Source: Octopus sinensis | Taxonomy: Eukaryota | Length of the DNA: 64,000 nucleotides | Direction of reading: 5' to 3' | Assembly: GCF_006345805.1 (NCBI RefSeq) | Contig: NC_043002.1 | Span: 42,284,001 to 42,348,000, forward strand | Shown: piece by piece, positions 27,316 through 41,099 of the stretch | Layout: each line of letters begins with the position of its first letter | Numbering within the stretch: the stretch's first letter is position 1 | The notes under the pieces: generated by a model | Seen by the model: only the letters and a program-made list of their open reading frames with translations | Databases searched by the model: none | Told to the model about the DNA's origin: nothing | Translations under genes and position numbers: made by a program

Positions 27316-27560
27316 GGAGGCGCATGGCTTAGTGGTTAGGGTGTCAGCATCATGATCGTAAGATTGTGGTTTCGATTCCTGGGCCGAGTGACGCGTTGTG
27401 TTCTTGAGCAAAACACTTCATTTCACGTTGCTCCAGTCCACTCAGCTAGCAAAAATGAGTAACACTGCAATGGACTGGTGTCCCATCCAGCTGGGGGATA
27501 CATACTCCATAGAAACCAGGAAACCAGGCCCATGAGTCTGGCTAGGCTTTAAAAGGGCGC
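27316..27560 (+). mobile_element. tRNA-derived SINE with CORE-like head and V-like tail
   Basis: Head and CORE shared with the 37670 family; tail shared with family B. Confidence 0.75.
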
Positions 27561-27564
27561 AAGT

Positions 27565-27882
27565 GGAGGCACAATGGCCCAGTGGTTAGGGCAGCAGACT
27601 CGCGGTCAGAGGATCACGGTTTCGATTCCCAGACTGGGCGTTGTGTGTGTTTATGGAGTGAAAAACACCTAAAGCTACACGAAGCTCCAGCAAGGGGTGA
27701 TGGTGACCCCTGTTGTACTCTTTCACCCCAACTTTCTCTTGCTTTTTCTTCCTGTTTCTTGAGTAGTGCTGCGATGGACTGGCATCCCGCCCAGCTGGGC
27801 GGAACACATATGCCACAGAAACTGGGAAACCGGGCCCATGAGCCTGGCTGGGCTTGAAAAGGGCGCATAAATAAATAAATAA
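27565..27882 (+). mobile_element. SINE family B (V-domain-like), full length
   Basis: Close match to 5784-6090, with (TAAA)n tail. Confidence 0.85.
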
Positions 27883-27889
27883 AACAAGA

Positions 27890-28180
27890 GAGCTATAACA
27901 AGCTTTGATTTGATTTGGATTGGTTTCTATGGTTGGATGCCCTTCCTAATGCCAAACATTTTAAGAATGTAGTGGGTGCATTTTACATGCTACTAGTACT
28001 GGCTATGATTATGGTATCACTTGGCTTAACATGTCTTCTCAGGCACAGCAAATTGCCAAAGGTCTCAATCTCTTGTCATCTCCTCTGTGAGACTCAGCAT
28101 CTGAAGATGATGCATGACCACCTTGTCCAATGTTTTTCTGGGTCTACCTTTTCCACGGGTTCCTTCCACAGTTAGAGATC
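27890..28180 (-). mobile_element. RTE LINE 3' end relic
   Basis: Reverse complement of the same 3'UTR and ORF end as 43600-44100 and 53700-54450. Confidence 0.7.
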
Positions 28181-29042
28181 GTCAGAAATGTGTTACGCTA
28201 TTATATGATTAGTTGAAGGGGAAAATGAATAGCAAGAGAGAAAGGGGGAGAGAGGAAGAGAGCTAGAGGGAGAAAGAATAAGAGGGAGAGAGAAGAGGTA
28301 GAGGGAATGTAATATTCATTATGTGATTAAAAAGTTAGTTGAAGGGAGTGATTTAAAGGAAGAGAGTTAGAAATACAATGTTTAGCAGGGGGTGATGTTC
28401 TGGTGGTGAGGCAACAAGAGAAGGAGAGAGGGAGAGGGAGAGAAGGAGAGGGAGAAAGAGAGAGATAGATAGAGAGAGAGAAAGAGAGAGAGTAGTGATA
28501 TATTTCTTTATTGCCCACAAGGGGCTAAGCATAGAGGGGACAAACAAGGGCAGACAAAGGGATTAAGTCAATTACATCGACCCCAGTGCAAAACTGGTAC
28601 TTTATTTATCGACCCTGAAAGGATGAAAGGCAAAGTCGACCTCGGCAGAATTTGAACTCAGAACGTAACTGCAGACGAAATACCGCTAAGCATTTCACCC
28701 GGTGCACTAACATGTCCGCCAGCTCACCATTGCCAGCCAATACATTAAGCTATCTTGTGGTTAGTGGAAGTGAGAGATGAAGTGAAAGAGAAATGATAAC
28801 GACATGAAGAGGGGAATGACATGGTTAAAAAATTAGTTGAAGTTAGAGGTAGAGAAAATAAGAGAGAGAAAGAAAGATAAAGTGTTTAGCAGAGGGAAAT
28901 TTTAAACATCATACCTAATTGTAACTGACAAGAAAATAACATTTTAATATTCAATTTCTTTTTTATATCTTCTGTCTGGCGATCTATTCATCTATCTAAC
29001 CACATTGACAAATAAATATATCGATGGGTGGATGGAAGAAGG

Positions 29043-29084
29043 AATAATAATAATAATAATAATAATGATAATAACAATAATAAC

Positions 29085-29149
<65 letters not shown>

Positions 29150-29165
29150 TAATAACAATAATAAC

Positions 29166-29212
<47 letters not shown>

Positions 29213-29221
29213 TAATAATAA
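29043..29221. repeat. (AAT)n microsatellite
   Basis: Direct reading. Confidence 0.95.
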
Positions 29222-29949
29222 ACTTATTGATTAAAAGATAGATTTTGCAATGGAAGTGAAATAACTTTGCAAAATAGCAGTGAATTTTATAATTTTTTGA
29301 AAAAAATTTGTTATTTGAACTTTGTATTGACAGCAATAAAAAAGTAGATAGATGTAAATAAACAAACAACTAAACTGAAATGAAATAATCTTGGTTGGCA
29401 AACAACCTAAGATTGAGCTTTGTTACTGAAAACTATGATAATGGTGATGGTGGTGGTGGTGGTGGTCGTTGTCGTCGTCATCATCGTTGTGGTGGAGATG
29501 GTATTGGATAGTGAAAAGTGTAGTATTTTTTTTTTAATTGAACCAAATTTTTTATATTGCTTATATACACTTAACACATGCGCATAAGTGCAATTATTTA
29601 TCATCTGCTCACTTGAAAATTGATATTTGTTCATAAAATATGGATGACAGACGATGTAAGCTAACAAGAGAAAGAATGAGGTGGTATAGGCAATGACATA
29701 AAGAGAAGCAGAGGGTCAAATCACTGGAGAGCAAGAATGGGAGCATCAGTATGTAGAAGTGAATATATGAATCAAAGAGTATAGAGTACTTACAACAGGT
29801 AAAGGAAAGTGTTCAAGATGGAATATAAAATGGGATCTTTTCGCTTTGAACGGTAGAATGTGTTTATAAAACATCTTTTTCTCTTGGCTTTCTTGAGAAA
29901 ATTCTGTAGTTTGTAAGATATTTGTAAGATATTTTCTTCAATTTTCGGC

Positions 29950-30290
29950 AATCTTGTTGGTAAATGCAATTGTCTGAAATGAAAGGGGACATCTGTTGGT
30001 ATTAGTGGTATTGTAGGTATAAATACAATGTCTCCCTTACCACATCCAGTGAGGATTTTTGCTTTGATGATGTGAGGCTTTAGTTAAATCACGACCATAT
30101 GTATACCATTGCTCAATCTTGGCTGATCCAGGCTTCTGAGAAGCATGATGATTGCACCCTTCTTCAATTCAAGGTTGCGTGACAGAATACAGGATGGTTC
30201 CAGACTGTTGAGGAATTCAACAGGATTATGAACTGCATCGTCCTTGTCAACAACTTTGTTGATAGATTTATAGATGTGGCTACCTCCATC
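29950..30290 (-). mobile_element. Helitron Rep-helicase (PIF1-like) fragment
   Basis: PVEFLNSLEPS..LELKKGAIIMLLRSLDQPRLSNG continuing IIKAKILTGCGKGDIVFIPTIPLIPTDVPFHFRQ; in-frame stop. Confidence 0.85.
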
Positions 30291-30784
30291 CCACTTCAGT
30301 CTCACTTGTTTTTTTTCTCCGTAACCATTTTTGTCTGTCTGTCTCTCATGCGTTTTTTTCTCTAGAGAGAAAAGAGGTAGAGGTAGTGAGAGAGAGAGAG
30401 CGCGAGTGAAAGAGAGAGAGAAACATATACAACCAAAGAGAGAGGGAGATAGTGACATAGAGAGGGACATATAGGCAGAGAGAAAGCAAAGGTTCAGTGG
30501 CGACTTCAAAGGAATAAACGTAATGTATAAATTGAAAGAAAGTTGGAGGTGGGTTGAGTGATAGGTAGAGTATTTTTTCACTCTGTAAAAAGCATTATGG
30601 TGAAATAGACAGTACATGGATTGCTAAAAGTAGGAGCCAATATACCACCAACTTAGCCCAATCTGTTTTCAGAAAATAAGTGCACAATTATCTGCAGAAT
30701 GATGAAATAAATTTAAATCACATGAAAATCATGAAATATTATCAATTTTATTAATTGTTTTCAGTGGTCAACATAGAAACAAGC

Positions 30785-31049
30785 TGTTGCAGTGAAAATG
30801 GTACTCCCCTTCCCACATGACAAAGTGGTATGATACAGCCACTATAAAGTCAGGCTATCAGTCGTTGTAGGAGGTCAGTAGTAGTAGAGACATTGTACGA
30901 GTTCTCAGTTGGAGTCAGTGTCAGTTACATAATATATACGAGTTTGAGTTACCATCAAGGTAGGTTTTTCAGTCATTGTCTTGTGGAGCTATCAGTGATA
31001 GCACAATTGACGAGTCAAAGATAAGATGTGGAATACCGCCACAACAACA
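30785..31049 (+). mobile_element. 5' LTR of a Gypsy element
   Basis: TGTTG...CAACA inverted termini, followed 3 nt later by PBS-like TGGTGACAAGAAT (31053), then gag/pol relics. Confidence 0.65.
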
Positions 31050-31196
31050 TTATGGTGACAAGAATATTACAGTGCTGCCAGTAACATACAAGTGGAGGAG
31101 GATTCGCATTATAACAGTGGTGATGAGGATATAAACAATTCACATGGACAACATTGAAAAAAAATTCTTTTATGAGAAAATAAACAATTTTCCATA

Positions 31197-31610
31197 GATG
31201 TAGGAGTGGCTGTGTGGTAAGTAGCTTGTTTACCAACCACATGGTTCCAGGTTCAGTCCCACTGCATGGCACCTTGGGCAAATGTCTTCTACTATAGTCT
31301 CGGACCAACCAAAGCCTTGTGAGTGGATTTGGTAGATGGAAACTGAAAGAAGCCTGTCGTATATATGTATGTATGTTTATATATATATATTTGTACGTGT
31401 GTGTGTCTGTGTGTTGTCCCCCCAACATCGCTTGATAACCGATGCTGGTGTGTTTACATCCCCCATAACTTAGCAGTTCAGCAAAAGAGACTGATAGAAT
31501 AAGTACTAGGCTTACAAAGACTAAGTCCTGGGGTCGATTTACTTGACTAAAGGCAGTGCTCCAGCATGGCCTGAGTCAAATGATTGAAACAAGTAAAAGA
31601 GTAAAGAGTA
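31197..31610 (+). mobile_element. SINE family A, full length
   Basis: Same head/CORE/microsatellite/tail structure. Confidence 0.85.
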
Positions 31611-33052
31611 ATTCACACAGATGATGTTGAAAATTTTTTCACATGGAGAAATTAAAAACTCGATACAAGAGTAACAAACATTTTTATTGTACATATTTTA
31701 TAAAAAATCTGTAAAATTATAGAAAACTTGTTAGAGGGTCTAGTTGAGTTACAAAAACAGCAATAGCAACAACTCAATGAACAACAAGAACAACAAATGT
31801 TTCAGCAACAAATACTACATGTAATGAAGTTGGTAACAAAACTGGAAAATACATTTTCACCAGCCCATGTAGCAAATTCAATAAATGAATTTAGATATGA
31901 AGAAGAAGGAATCACCTTTGGGGTATGTTACCAAAGATTTGAACAAATTTTCAAAAAAGAATGCCAAGGCTGGACAGATGAAGTGAAAATGCATCTAATT
32001 CTGAGGGAACTGGCAATGACAGAGCATGAGAAATACTGTAACTAAAAAAGTTTCTGACATAAATTTCACAGACACAATTGGCATTTTATTTAAGATGCTC
32101 ATTGAAAAAAACATGATTATTCAACACGTGGAAGTCTTTGAACACTGAGAAAAGTGATGACAAAGACTTTACCACATGTGCAGGTAGAGTGAACAGAGCG
32201 TGCAAGGGATTTAAACTGGATAAACTAACTCCAAACTCATTCAAGTGCCTGATTTTTGCTCAGGGACTTACTGCTAAAAAAGGACACAGAAGTCAGAACG
32301 AAAATCCTCGCAGAGATAGAAATGAACCTAGATATAACTCGCCAGAAACTGTCAGGAGAGTGCAATATGATACTAAAAGTAAGGCATGACACAGAAGAAA
32401 TCCAACACAGAGATTGTTTACTGATAAAACCAGTGTGGAAGAGTTGGAAGAGGGATCAAGTGTCTCACAAAATACATGATAGACAACAGGAGATAAACCC
32501 ATATATGGCATGTGGTGGTAGGCACATGAGAAATGAGTGTCTGTTCAAAGAAGCAAAGTTCTTTCATTGTGGGAACACAGGACACATTAAATCGCACTAT
32601 AGAACTAAGATGACGAAAAATTGGACCAAACGAGAAAAAGATATATAGTTTGTCGTCAGAGAATAAAGTTTGTACAACAAACAGAAAATTAATCAAGGTG
32701 AGAATCAAAACCACAAGTGTCAAAATACAATTAGACATCACTATTATAAATGAAAAAACGTGGCAACAAATCAGTAAGATGAAATTATTTAAATCAAATA
32801 AAGTAGTATATGGTGTCACAGGAAAGAAATTATATTTCATCAGTGAATGTATTTTCAATGTAACTTTTCAAGGTGAAATGAAAAGGATAATCATTTATGG
32901 GTTGAAAAAAATCACTAAACCTATTTGGCACAGAATGCATGGAGTTATTTAATACCCCCATTAGTGTCCTCTGTGAAAATATAGTTAGCATGGTTAAAAG
33001 CTTGAATGAAGTCAAACAACTGAGGCAAAAAATTAAAAATATGTTTCCAGAT

Positions 33053-33470
33053 AGGTACAGGAATGGCTGTGTTGTAAGTAGCTTGCTTACCAACCACATG
33101 GTTCTGGGTTTAGTTCCACTGCATGGCAACTTGGGCAAGTGTTTTCTACTATAGCATCGGGCCAACCAAAACCTTGTGAGTGGATTTGGTAGACAGAAAC
33201 TGAAAGAAGCCCATCGTATATATGTATATATATGTGTGTGTGTGTATATTCTGTGTATCTGTGCTTGTAACCCCAACATCGCTTGACAACTGATGCTGGT
33301 GTGTTTAGGTCCCAGTAACTTACCAGTTCGGCAAAAGGGACTGATAGAATAAGTGCTAGGCTTACAAAGAATAAGTCCTGGAGTCGATTTGATTCAACTA
33401 AAGGTGGTGCTCCAGCATGGCGGCAGACAAATGACTGAAACAAGTGAAAGAATAAAAGAAAAAAAAAGAA
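33053..33470 (+). mobile_element. SINE family A, full length, in Gypsy pol
   Basis: Same structure; pol homology resumes after it. Confidence 0.85.
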
Positions 33471-33995
33471 AAATGTTTTTTTGGAAGGATTAGGCTGTTG
33501 CACTAAAACAAAAGTGAGGATCGTGGTAAAAGAAAAGCAACACCCGTGCTTTTGTGGCATTAGACCACATCAATAAGGGGCTCGAAAGACTAGAAAGTCT
33601 AGCTATAATTGAAAAAGTCAACCATTCAGACTGGGCAGCTCTGACATTTTATGTAAAAAAAACCCACAATAAACTAAGAGTGTGTGTGGACTTTTCAACT
33701 GGATTAAATGACTGTTTAGTCAAACACGATTATCCATTACCAAGCCCAGGAGAAGTGTTCTCAAAACTAAATGGAGGAAAAATTCAGAGGCCTATCTACA
33801 GATACAGAGAGAGGAAGATTGCGCACACCTTTTAACAATCAACACACACCGTGGATTGTATAAATTCAAGCGGCTCCTTTTGGAGTGAAAGTGGCACCTG
33901 CCATATTCTAACAAGTAATGGACTCAATGATGGACAATAACATACAACTGGACGAAGATCCACATTATAACATAAGCAAAGAATTTTGCTTTTTA

Positions 33996-34492
33996 CCGTA
34001 AATCCTCGAGTATAATCGCATTCTTTTTCCCAAAATTTAAAGGTCAAAATCCCTAGTGTGTACTATATACAAGGTTAAAAATGAAAATGATTTTCTAAGC
34101 ATTATTTGCTGTCCGGCAATGTTTATTCAGGCGCATTTTGTGATGTCGGGCACAAAAATACCTTAAGCTAAGCCTGAAATCAATGAAGTCATAAAAGAAT
34201 CATCTATAACTTGCAGCAACATTTATTAAACATTATTACTGCTATTTCTGTATTTTCTGCAAACAAAATGCACAAAAAATCTACACGTTTGCATTATGTT
34301 ATATATAAAATAATAATAAAGGACGTTACCATATACATTTTTACAAACCAAGGACATTATATAGACCTCCTTGACTCAAGTTAGAGAAGGGTGTGCATAT
34401 TATACACAAGGTTTAGGTTTTTCAGAGGTACAGCCCCCTAAAATTCCCCTGCATATTATACTCAAGGGCGGACTATACTCAAGGATTTACGG
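33996..34492. mobile_element. Tc1/mariner-superfamily (Tc2-like) MITE
   Basis: TIR CCGTAAATCCTCGAGTATA / TATACTCAAGGATTTACGG, with TA on the left flank. Confidence 0.8.
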
Positions 34493-34715
34493 TTTATGTA
34501 GTATTTTCAGCGGTGAACATACAAAGAAACAAGCCTTGTTTTTTTTATAAGGATATATTGACATTACAGTGAAATAGTACAGCAGGGATCACCACCACAC
34601 CCTGCTGGAACCTCATGGAGATTTAGGTGTTTTCGCTCAATAAACACTCACAACACCCGGTCTGGGAATTAAAACTGCGATCCTGCGACTGTGAGTCCAC
34701 TGGGCTATTGCACCT

Positions 34716-34748
<33 letters not shown>

Positions 34749-35644
34749 TTATATATATATTTCTTTACTACACACAAGGGGCTAAACAAGGACAGACAAA
34801 CGGATTAAGTCGATTATATCGACCCCAGTGCGTAACTGGTACTTAATTTATCGACCCCGAAAGGATGAAAGGCAAAGTCGACCTCAGCAGAATTTGAACT
34901 CAGAACGTAACGGTAGACGAAATACGGCTACGCATTCCGCCTGGCATGCTAACGTTTCTGGCATGCTAACGTTTCTGCCAGCTCGCCGCCTTAAATATAT
35001 TTATATATATATGTATATGTATATGTATATATGTATATATGTGTGTGTGTATATATATATATACATACATACATACATACATACATACATACATACAACA
35101 GGCTACTTTCAGTTTCTGTCAACCAAATCCACTCACAAGGCTTTGATAATCCCTAGGCTATAAGAGAAAACTCTAGCCCAATATGTCACACAGTGGGACC
35201 GAACTTGAAACCATGTAGTTCAGAAGCAAGCTTCTTACCACACAGCCAACTATACAGAAAAAAAAAAAGAAAAGAAAATGTGATGGTCAAGGCCGGAATG
35301 TCTTTGATTATATGTCTGCTTGATGAGAGTTGACCTGGGGTTTAAACAATAGCCAGAGATTGCATAGAATTGTGGATAATTTAATGCAAAGAGAGATAAG
35401 GTAAGGAAGCACTGATCTGCTACTACTCCTATAAGGCGTTGAGACAATGGATGACATCATTAACAGTGAACGGGGAAAGAAAATCCAGAGTCATTGGAAA
35501 CGAACAGAAGAGAAGATTAATTGGTGTAAACTGATGAAAATTGCATAAGTTTCAATTACTACTCCACTGGGTTTCTACAGGCCAAATAAGATAGCCAGGG
35601 GTTATTGCTGTTTTTGTTGTTGTTGTTGTTGTTGTATAGCATCT

Positions 35645-35990
35645 CTACCACCACAACCACCAACCACTACAACCACCAACCACCACAACCACCACCACTT
35701 CTACCACCACCACCACTACCACCACTACCACCACCACCTCCACCACTACCACTACCACCACCACCACCTCCACCACTACCACCACCACCACTACCACTAC
35801 CACTACTGCCACCACCACCACCACTACCACCACCACCTTCACCACTACCACTACCACCACCACCACCACCACCACCACTACCACCACCACCTCCACCTCT
35901 ACCACCACCACTACCACCACCACCACCACCACCACCACCACCACCACCACCACCACCACCACTGCCGCCATCACCACCACCACAACCAAG
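35645..35990. repeat. (CCA)n trinucleotide repeat
   Basis: Direct reading. Confidence 0.95.
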
Positions 35991-36057
35991 TCAGCTATGA
36001 TTGAGTAGACTCAGCAAGAAGTTGTGGTTGTTGAAGTTACTGCAGATGATGATTGAA

Positions 36058-36175
<118 letters not shown>

Positions 36176-36617
36176 AGAAGAGAGAGGGATTAGAGAGTTT
36201 CACTTTAATAGAAAATTTGATATCGATTTGGATTTGTTTGATTTAGAGAAAAATAAAAATAAAAACAACTACAATTTAATATCTTTTTTTTTATTATTAT
36301 ATATATACAGTTTTAAAATTTAACAGAATAATAATGCTACTGAATAAATATTTTCAGGATCTCGTGCACAGAGGCTTTTTACCATCAACTCAAGGCATCT
36401 TTCAACTCCACATGCATCATTATCTCTCACTTCGTATGACTATATCAATAGTCTAGCAAATAATCTCTTCCCCGCCCTCCCTCTTTCTTTCCTTCTTTCC
36501 TTCTTTCTTTCTTTCTTTCTCCTTCGTGCAGTTGCTAATACTTTTTCCTGCGCAGTCACTTTCATTCAACAGTATCTTGCAAGATTAGATTGTATATCAA
36601 GTTAATCATATCTCTCC

Positions 36618-36701
<84 letters not shown>

Positions 36702-36948
36702 TCTTAATTCCTGCTGGTTTTTACTGCATTCTCTTTCCAATCTTTTACTGCCATACTCCATCAAACTTCTTACACACATTCAATACTGACTACTTTCATT
36801 CAAGGTAAAAAAAATTAAAAATAAAAAAAAATTAAAAAAAAAACAGAGAAGCCTATCTATCATGGCCAACAAAGTTAGAAGTTCTTGTGCAGTGTTTTCA
36901 TCTCTCTCAAATTATCATATGCTCTCCTGTCCACCTTTATATGTCCTT

Positions 36949-36996
36949 CATCATCATCACCACTACCACCACCACCACCACCACCACCACCACCAC

Positions 36997-37051
<55 letters not shown>

Positions 37052-37103
37052 GTCATCATTATCATCATCATCATCATCATCGTCATCATCATTGCCATCA
37101 TTG

Positions 37104-37134
<31 letters not shown>

Positions 37135-37207
37135 TATCATCATCATCGCCATCATCAGCATCATCATCGTCGTCGTCATCGATATCATCATCTTCATCAT
37201 CATCATC

Positions 37208-37248
<41 letters not shown>

Positions 37249-37293
37249 TCATCATCATCGCCATCGTCATCATCATCGTCATCATCGTCATCG

Positions 37294-37325
<32 letters not shown>

Positions 37326-37432
37326 TTCATCATCATCATCATCATCATCATCATTGCCGTCATCATTGTCATCATCGTCATCATCGTCATCATCATCATC
37401 ATCATCATAATCATCATCATCATCATCACCAT
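36949..37432. repeat. (CAC)n/(CAT)n trinucleotide repeat, ~480 bp
   Basis: Direct reading. Confidence 0.95.
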
Positions 37433-37669
37433 CGGTTTATGCTTGCTTGTCCATGCTGGCATAGACTGGATAGGATTTTGTAATAGTATTTTACTGCTAG
37501 ATATCCTTAGTGTTATCAACCCTCTTAGTTAATATCACACACAGGGATACAGTGTACCTATTCTAAAACCAAGATTCACTTAGCAAAAATCCTCACTACT
37601 AGGAAATGAATATAGGTTACGCAGTAAACAATATAAGCTTTGAAGAATATAAGTTCTGAAGAATTCTGA

Positions 37670-38003
37670 GACCCCCTTCAGTCATGACACAGACCATGGG
37701 ATTGCACCTAGAAAGTTACCCTCCTAGGCACAAGTCTGGGCAAGGCTGTTTATGGAAGACCAGCAGTCGCCCATGCATACCGGCCTCCCCTCTCCACGCC
37801 ACAGTTGTTATCCAAGGGAAAGACAATGGCCGATACAGCTTGGTACCTGTGACATCGCAACTCATTTCTACAGCTGAGTGAACTGGAGCAATGTGAAATA
37901 GAGTGTCTTGCTCAAGAACACAACACGCAGCCCGGTCCGGGATTCGAGCTCACAACCTCATGATCGTATGCTTGATGCATTAACCCCTGAGCCATGCACC
38001 TTC
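37670..38003 (-). mobile_element. tRNA-derived CORE-type SINE (family D), full length
   Basis: Minus-strand head TGGCTCAGGGGTTAA..GCTCGAATCCC and CORE-like GTGTTCTTGAGCAAGACACT; decayed plus-strand copy at ~49335-49555. Confidence 0.8.
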
Positions 38004-38569
38004 GAAGAATAGTTCTGAAGAATATAGGATCTAAATCAATGATTCTTGACCTTTTCTAACTCAGTGGTTCCTTTCACTAAATGATGTTTAAAGAGACCAC
38101 CTTTCTATGAAAAAAAAACAAAAACAGTAGATTATCATTTTCACAGATATAAGCTAATTTTGTTCAGTGGATTATTACATATATTTTCTAATTCTAATCC
38201 ATTCAGTATGTGTCATCTTTTACATATTTACATGGATTAATGCCAACTATGCTAATATTTAGGGAAATTACAAAAGATGTTGAGAACATATTTTATGAAA
38301 TTTAAGTTAGGTTTTTACTATTATCATTTATTTTTTGTCTTTCACTTGTTTCAATCATTGGACTGTGGCCATGCTGGAGCACTTCCTTGATGAATTTCAA
38401 TCAAATTAATTGATGCCAGTACTTATTTTTTTATGCCTGGTACTTACTCTATTGGTCTCTTTTACCACACTAAGTTATAGTAGTGTAAACACACCAACAC
38501 CAATTATCATGTGGTGGCGGTGGACGAGACAAGCAGACACAAACACACACACACACACACTCAGACACC

Positions 38570-38760
38570 TCTTCGAATTTTCACCAGAGCCCCGTTGGCT
38601 AGCCTGTGGCCCTAATACCACCCGGTGCCAGACCAATCTGCCTTGGGTGGCCCTACCAGGAACCGAAGTTCCCGACGGCATAGCTCTGACACTGCCCGTT
38701 TACACCACCCTACCGCTTTGAGGAGGGGTTGAACTTTAGGGAGGATTCATTCGCAGACAG
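38570..38760 (-). mobile_element. GC-rich structured fragment resembling an RTE-type 5'UTR
   Basis: GAGCTATGCC...GGTAGGGCCACCCAAG motif (recalled from RTE/BovB 5' ends) with a GGAAC-UUCG-GUUCC hairpin. Confidence 0.5.
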
Positions 38761-41099
38761 GGTATATTGCTGTTGGATCTATTTCAGGAATTCTGCAGTA
38801 TTAGTTGAGATAATAATAAAAATTTCTTAAGTAACCAGAAGATGGCTTTGGTATTAATCTTTATTTTGTACAACAGTCATTTCACCCCATCCAGCTACTG
38901 TCCCTTATGGGTGGGATTCCATTCAACATGTTATGTTGCATCCATTTTGCAGTCTGGGTCTCATCATACATAAAGTTGTGTCTTGCTAAAGGTCCTGAAT
39001 TTTGGTTGTCATGTTGTTATATGCCCAATTGGTTAGGGAATGAAACATTACTACAATTTTTATAGTGTATAAGTCATGAAGATAACTACATTACTACTGA
39101 ACAGGATGCTAGTCCATCACAGGATTACTCACTTCCAGCTGAGTGGATTGGAGAAAGGCCAGTCCGGGAATCGAACTCACTATCTCATGGTTGTGAGCTT
39201 GATGCTCTAACCACTGTGTCATGCACCTTCATTGGCATAAAGCAATAGTAAAAACACCAGCTCAAAGTGCCTAGTAAAAAGGATTGAACTTGTGACCACA
39301 TTATAGTAAAGTGAAGTTAACCACACTGCTATTCCAACACCTTTATATCAAAACAATTATAAATTATCCCTCATTTACATCTGTGTGACAATTGGTTTGG
39401 TTTCAGCAGAATTAAAACAGATTTTCTCCTGTTGCTAACCATTGGTCACATACTGATATCAGTTAAGTCACAAATGATGGCAGACATGAGAAATGTTCAG
39501 CATCTGACACTAATCCCCTGGATTAGTAAGTTTCTTTCAGTACATGTTAATGGTGAACTCTTAAATTTTGCTTTTATCTAGTTATGTGTGCTTTGAAGCT
39601 CAGTGGCCTCTTTGATAATCATCTCAACACGGAAGGCCGTTTTGTGGTTGCTTGGTCTGCTAGAAATAGCTCCCCATTCTCCCTCAGATCATACTCTACT
39701 TGCTTAAAAAGAATACATCAGAGAATGTGGTTCTATATATATATCATATCAAGACAAAAAGTCAAGGACAGTCATGAGTGGAAAATCTTTGATCATAGAT
39801 CTGTTGAGTTAGAGCTGGCCTGTGGCTAAACAATAACAATTTGATTTACTATCATTTCTACCAATATCATTGCTTATACATTTGATATCACACACCTTTC
39901 TCTTCCTTTTAACACTTTCTCTCTTACTCTCCTATACACAAGACTGGTTTGATACCTCCTACCAGGCCTCTACATTCTCCATGACCAGTGACCTAAAAAA
40001 TTTCTACAAGGAATCTAGAGCTTAGTTTCATTTAACTTCATAAAAGTAAAGATATTATCTATCTTGAGAAAATAATCTCTTAACACTGCATTTTCATTAA
40101 TCATGAACAATACGCAGCCAAATCCATTCTCTTTTCTTCAAATATGAGACGTTATTATTCAGAATAACATTTCATGGTGACCGCATAGTCTTCACATTGC
40201 TAAGACAGCTTTATAAAAGCTGGATTACTGTTCACAGTGAGAAAATGTCTCAAAAGAAAAATTTATGCTCACAAGAACACTGTTTTACAATGAATCTATG
40301 CACCTATTACACACACATACACACACACACACACATTTTTATCTCAATCCAAGAAAATCCATATAGCCAAAAGGCAAGTTTTTAATAAAATCCCAAGTAT
40401 TCTACAACTTTAAGTTCACTATTAGACTGAATCAATTCTTATATCTCTTCTATTTCCCTGGATAAGTCAGTGAGGGGGGGCCCACAATATGGTTGTTCAA
40501 CTTGTTAGAAATAACAACCAAATCTCCAAATTACATAATATATTTTCTTAAAGGAGACATTACACAAATTGTCTCTATTTTACAAAATGACAGAACAGTC
40601 ATAGTTGAGGCATCTTAGATCATGAATCTAGTTGAACAGAATTGACCTGATGCTAGACAACAACTTCTCCAGAATTGTTGATAGTGTATTGTATCCACAT
40701 TGGCTTACTTATCTTAGAGTGGGTAGTAGTAATCAGGTTGGAAGTGGAAAGAGGGTTAAAATTGCCCTGCTTTGGTTACTCTCACTCATTCTTTTACGTG
40801 AATAGACAGTAAATAAGGCACAGGACCATACATTTAAAAAAACTGTAAATAATAAGCATTTAATCAATATCATCATCATCATCATCATTATCATCATCGT
40901 TTAACGTCCGTTGGACGGTTCAACTGGGGTCTGGGAAGTCAGGAGGCTGCACCAGACATTGGTTGACCTGGGGCTCTAGTAGAAGACACCTGCCCAAGGT
41001 GTTGCACAGTGAGGCTGTACCTGAAACTATATGGCTTTAAGATAAGTTTCTATACCACTCAGTCATACCTGTGCTTATAGAAAATATAGAACACATCAG

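Larger units (their letters stand above)
31053..33960 (+). mobile_element. Gypsy LTR retrotransposon internal region (gag-protease-RT), decayed, two SINE insertions
   Basis: FKCLIFAQGL, Cys/His knuckle CGGRHMRNECLFK..CGNTGHI, QLD.DITII protease remnant, IIEKVNHSDWAA..KKTHNKLRVCVDFSTGLNDCL..YPLP. Confidence 0.85.

Noticed and set aside
30084-30617. Host PIF1 helicase exon
   Set aside because: Helitron-type sequence with a stop and degenerate motifs; the ORF N-terminus is simple repeat
35605-36000. Proline-rich formin/extensin-like ORF
   Set aside because: Just (CCA)n; no ATG start and no flanking coding signal
36862-37532. Poly-His/Ser/Asp/Met ORFs of 180-215 aa
   Set aside because: Produced in all frames by the (CAT)n repeat; no non-repetitive domain
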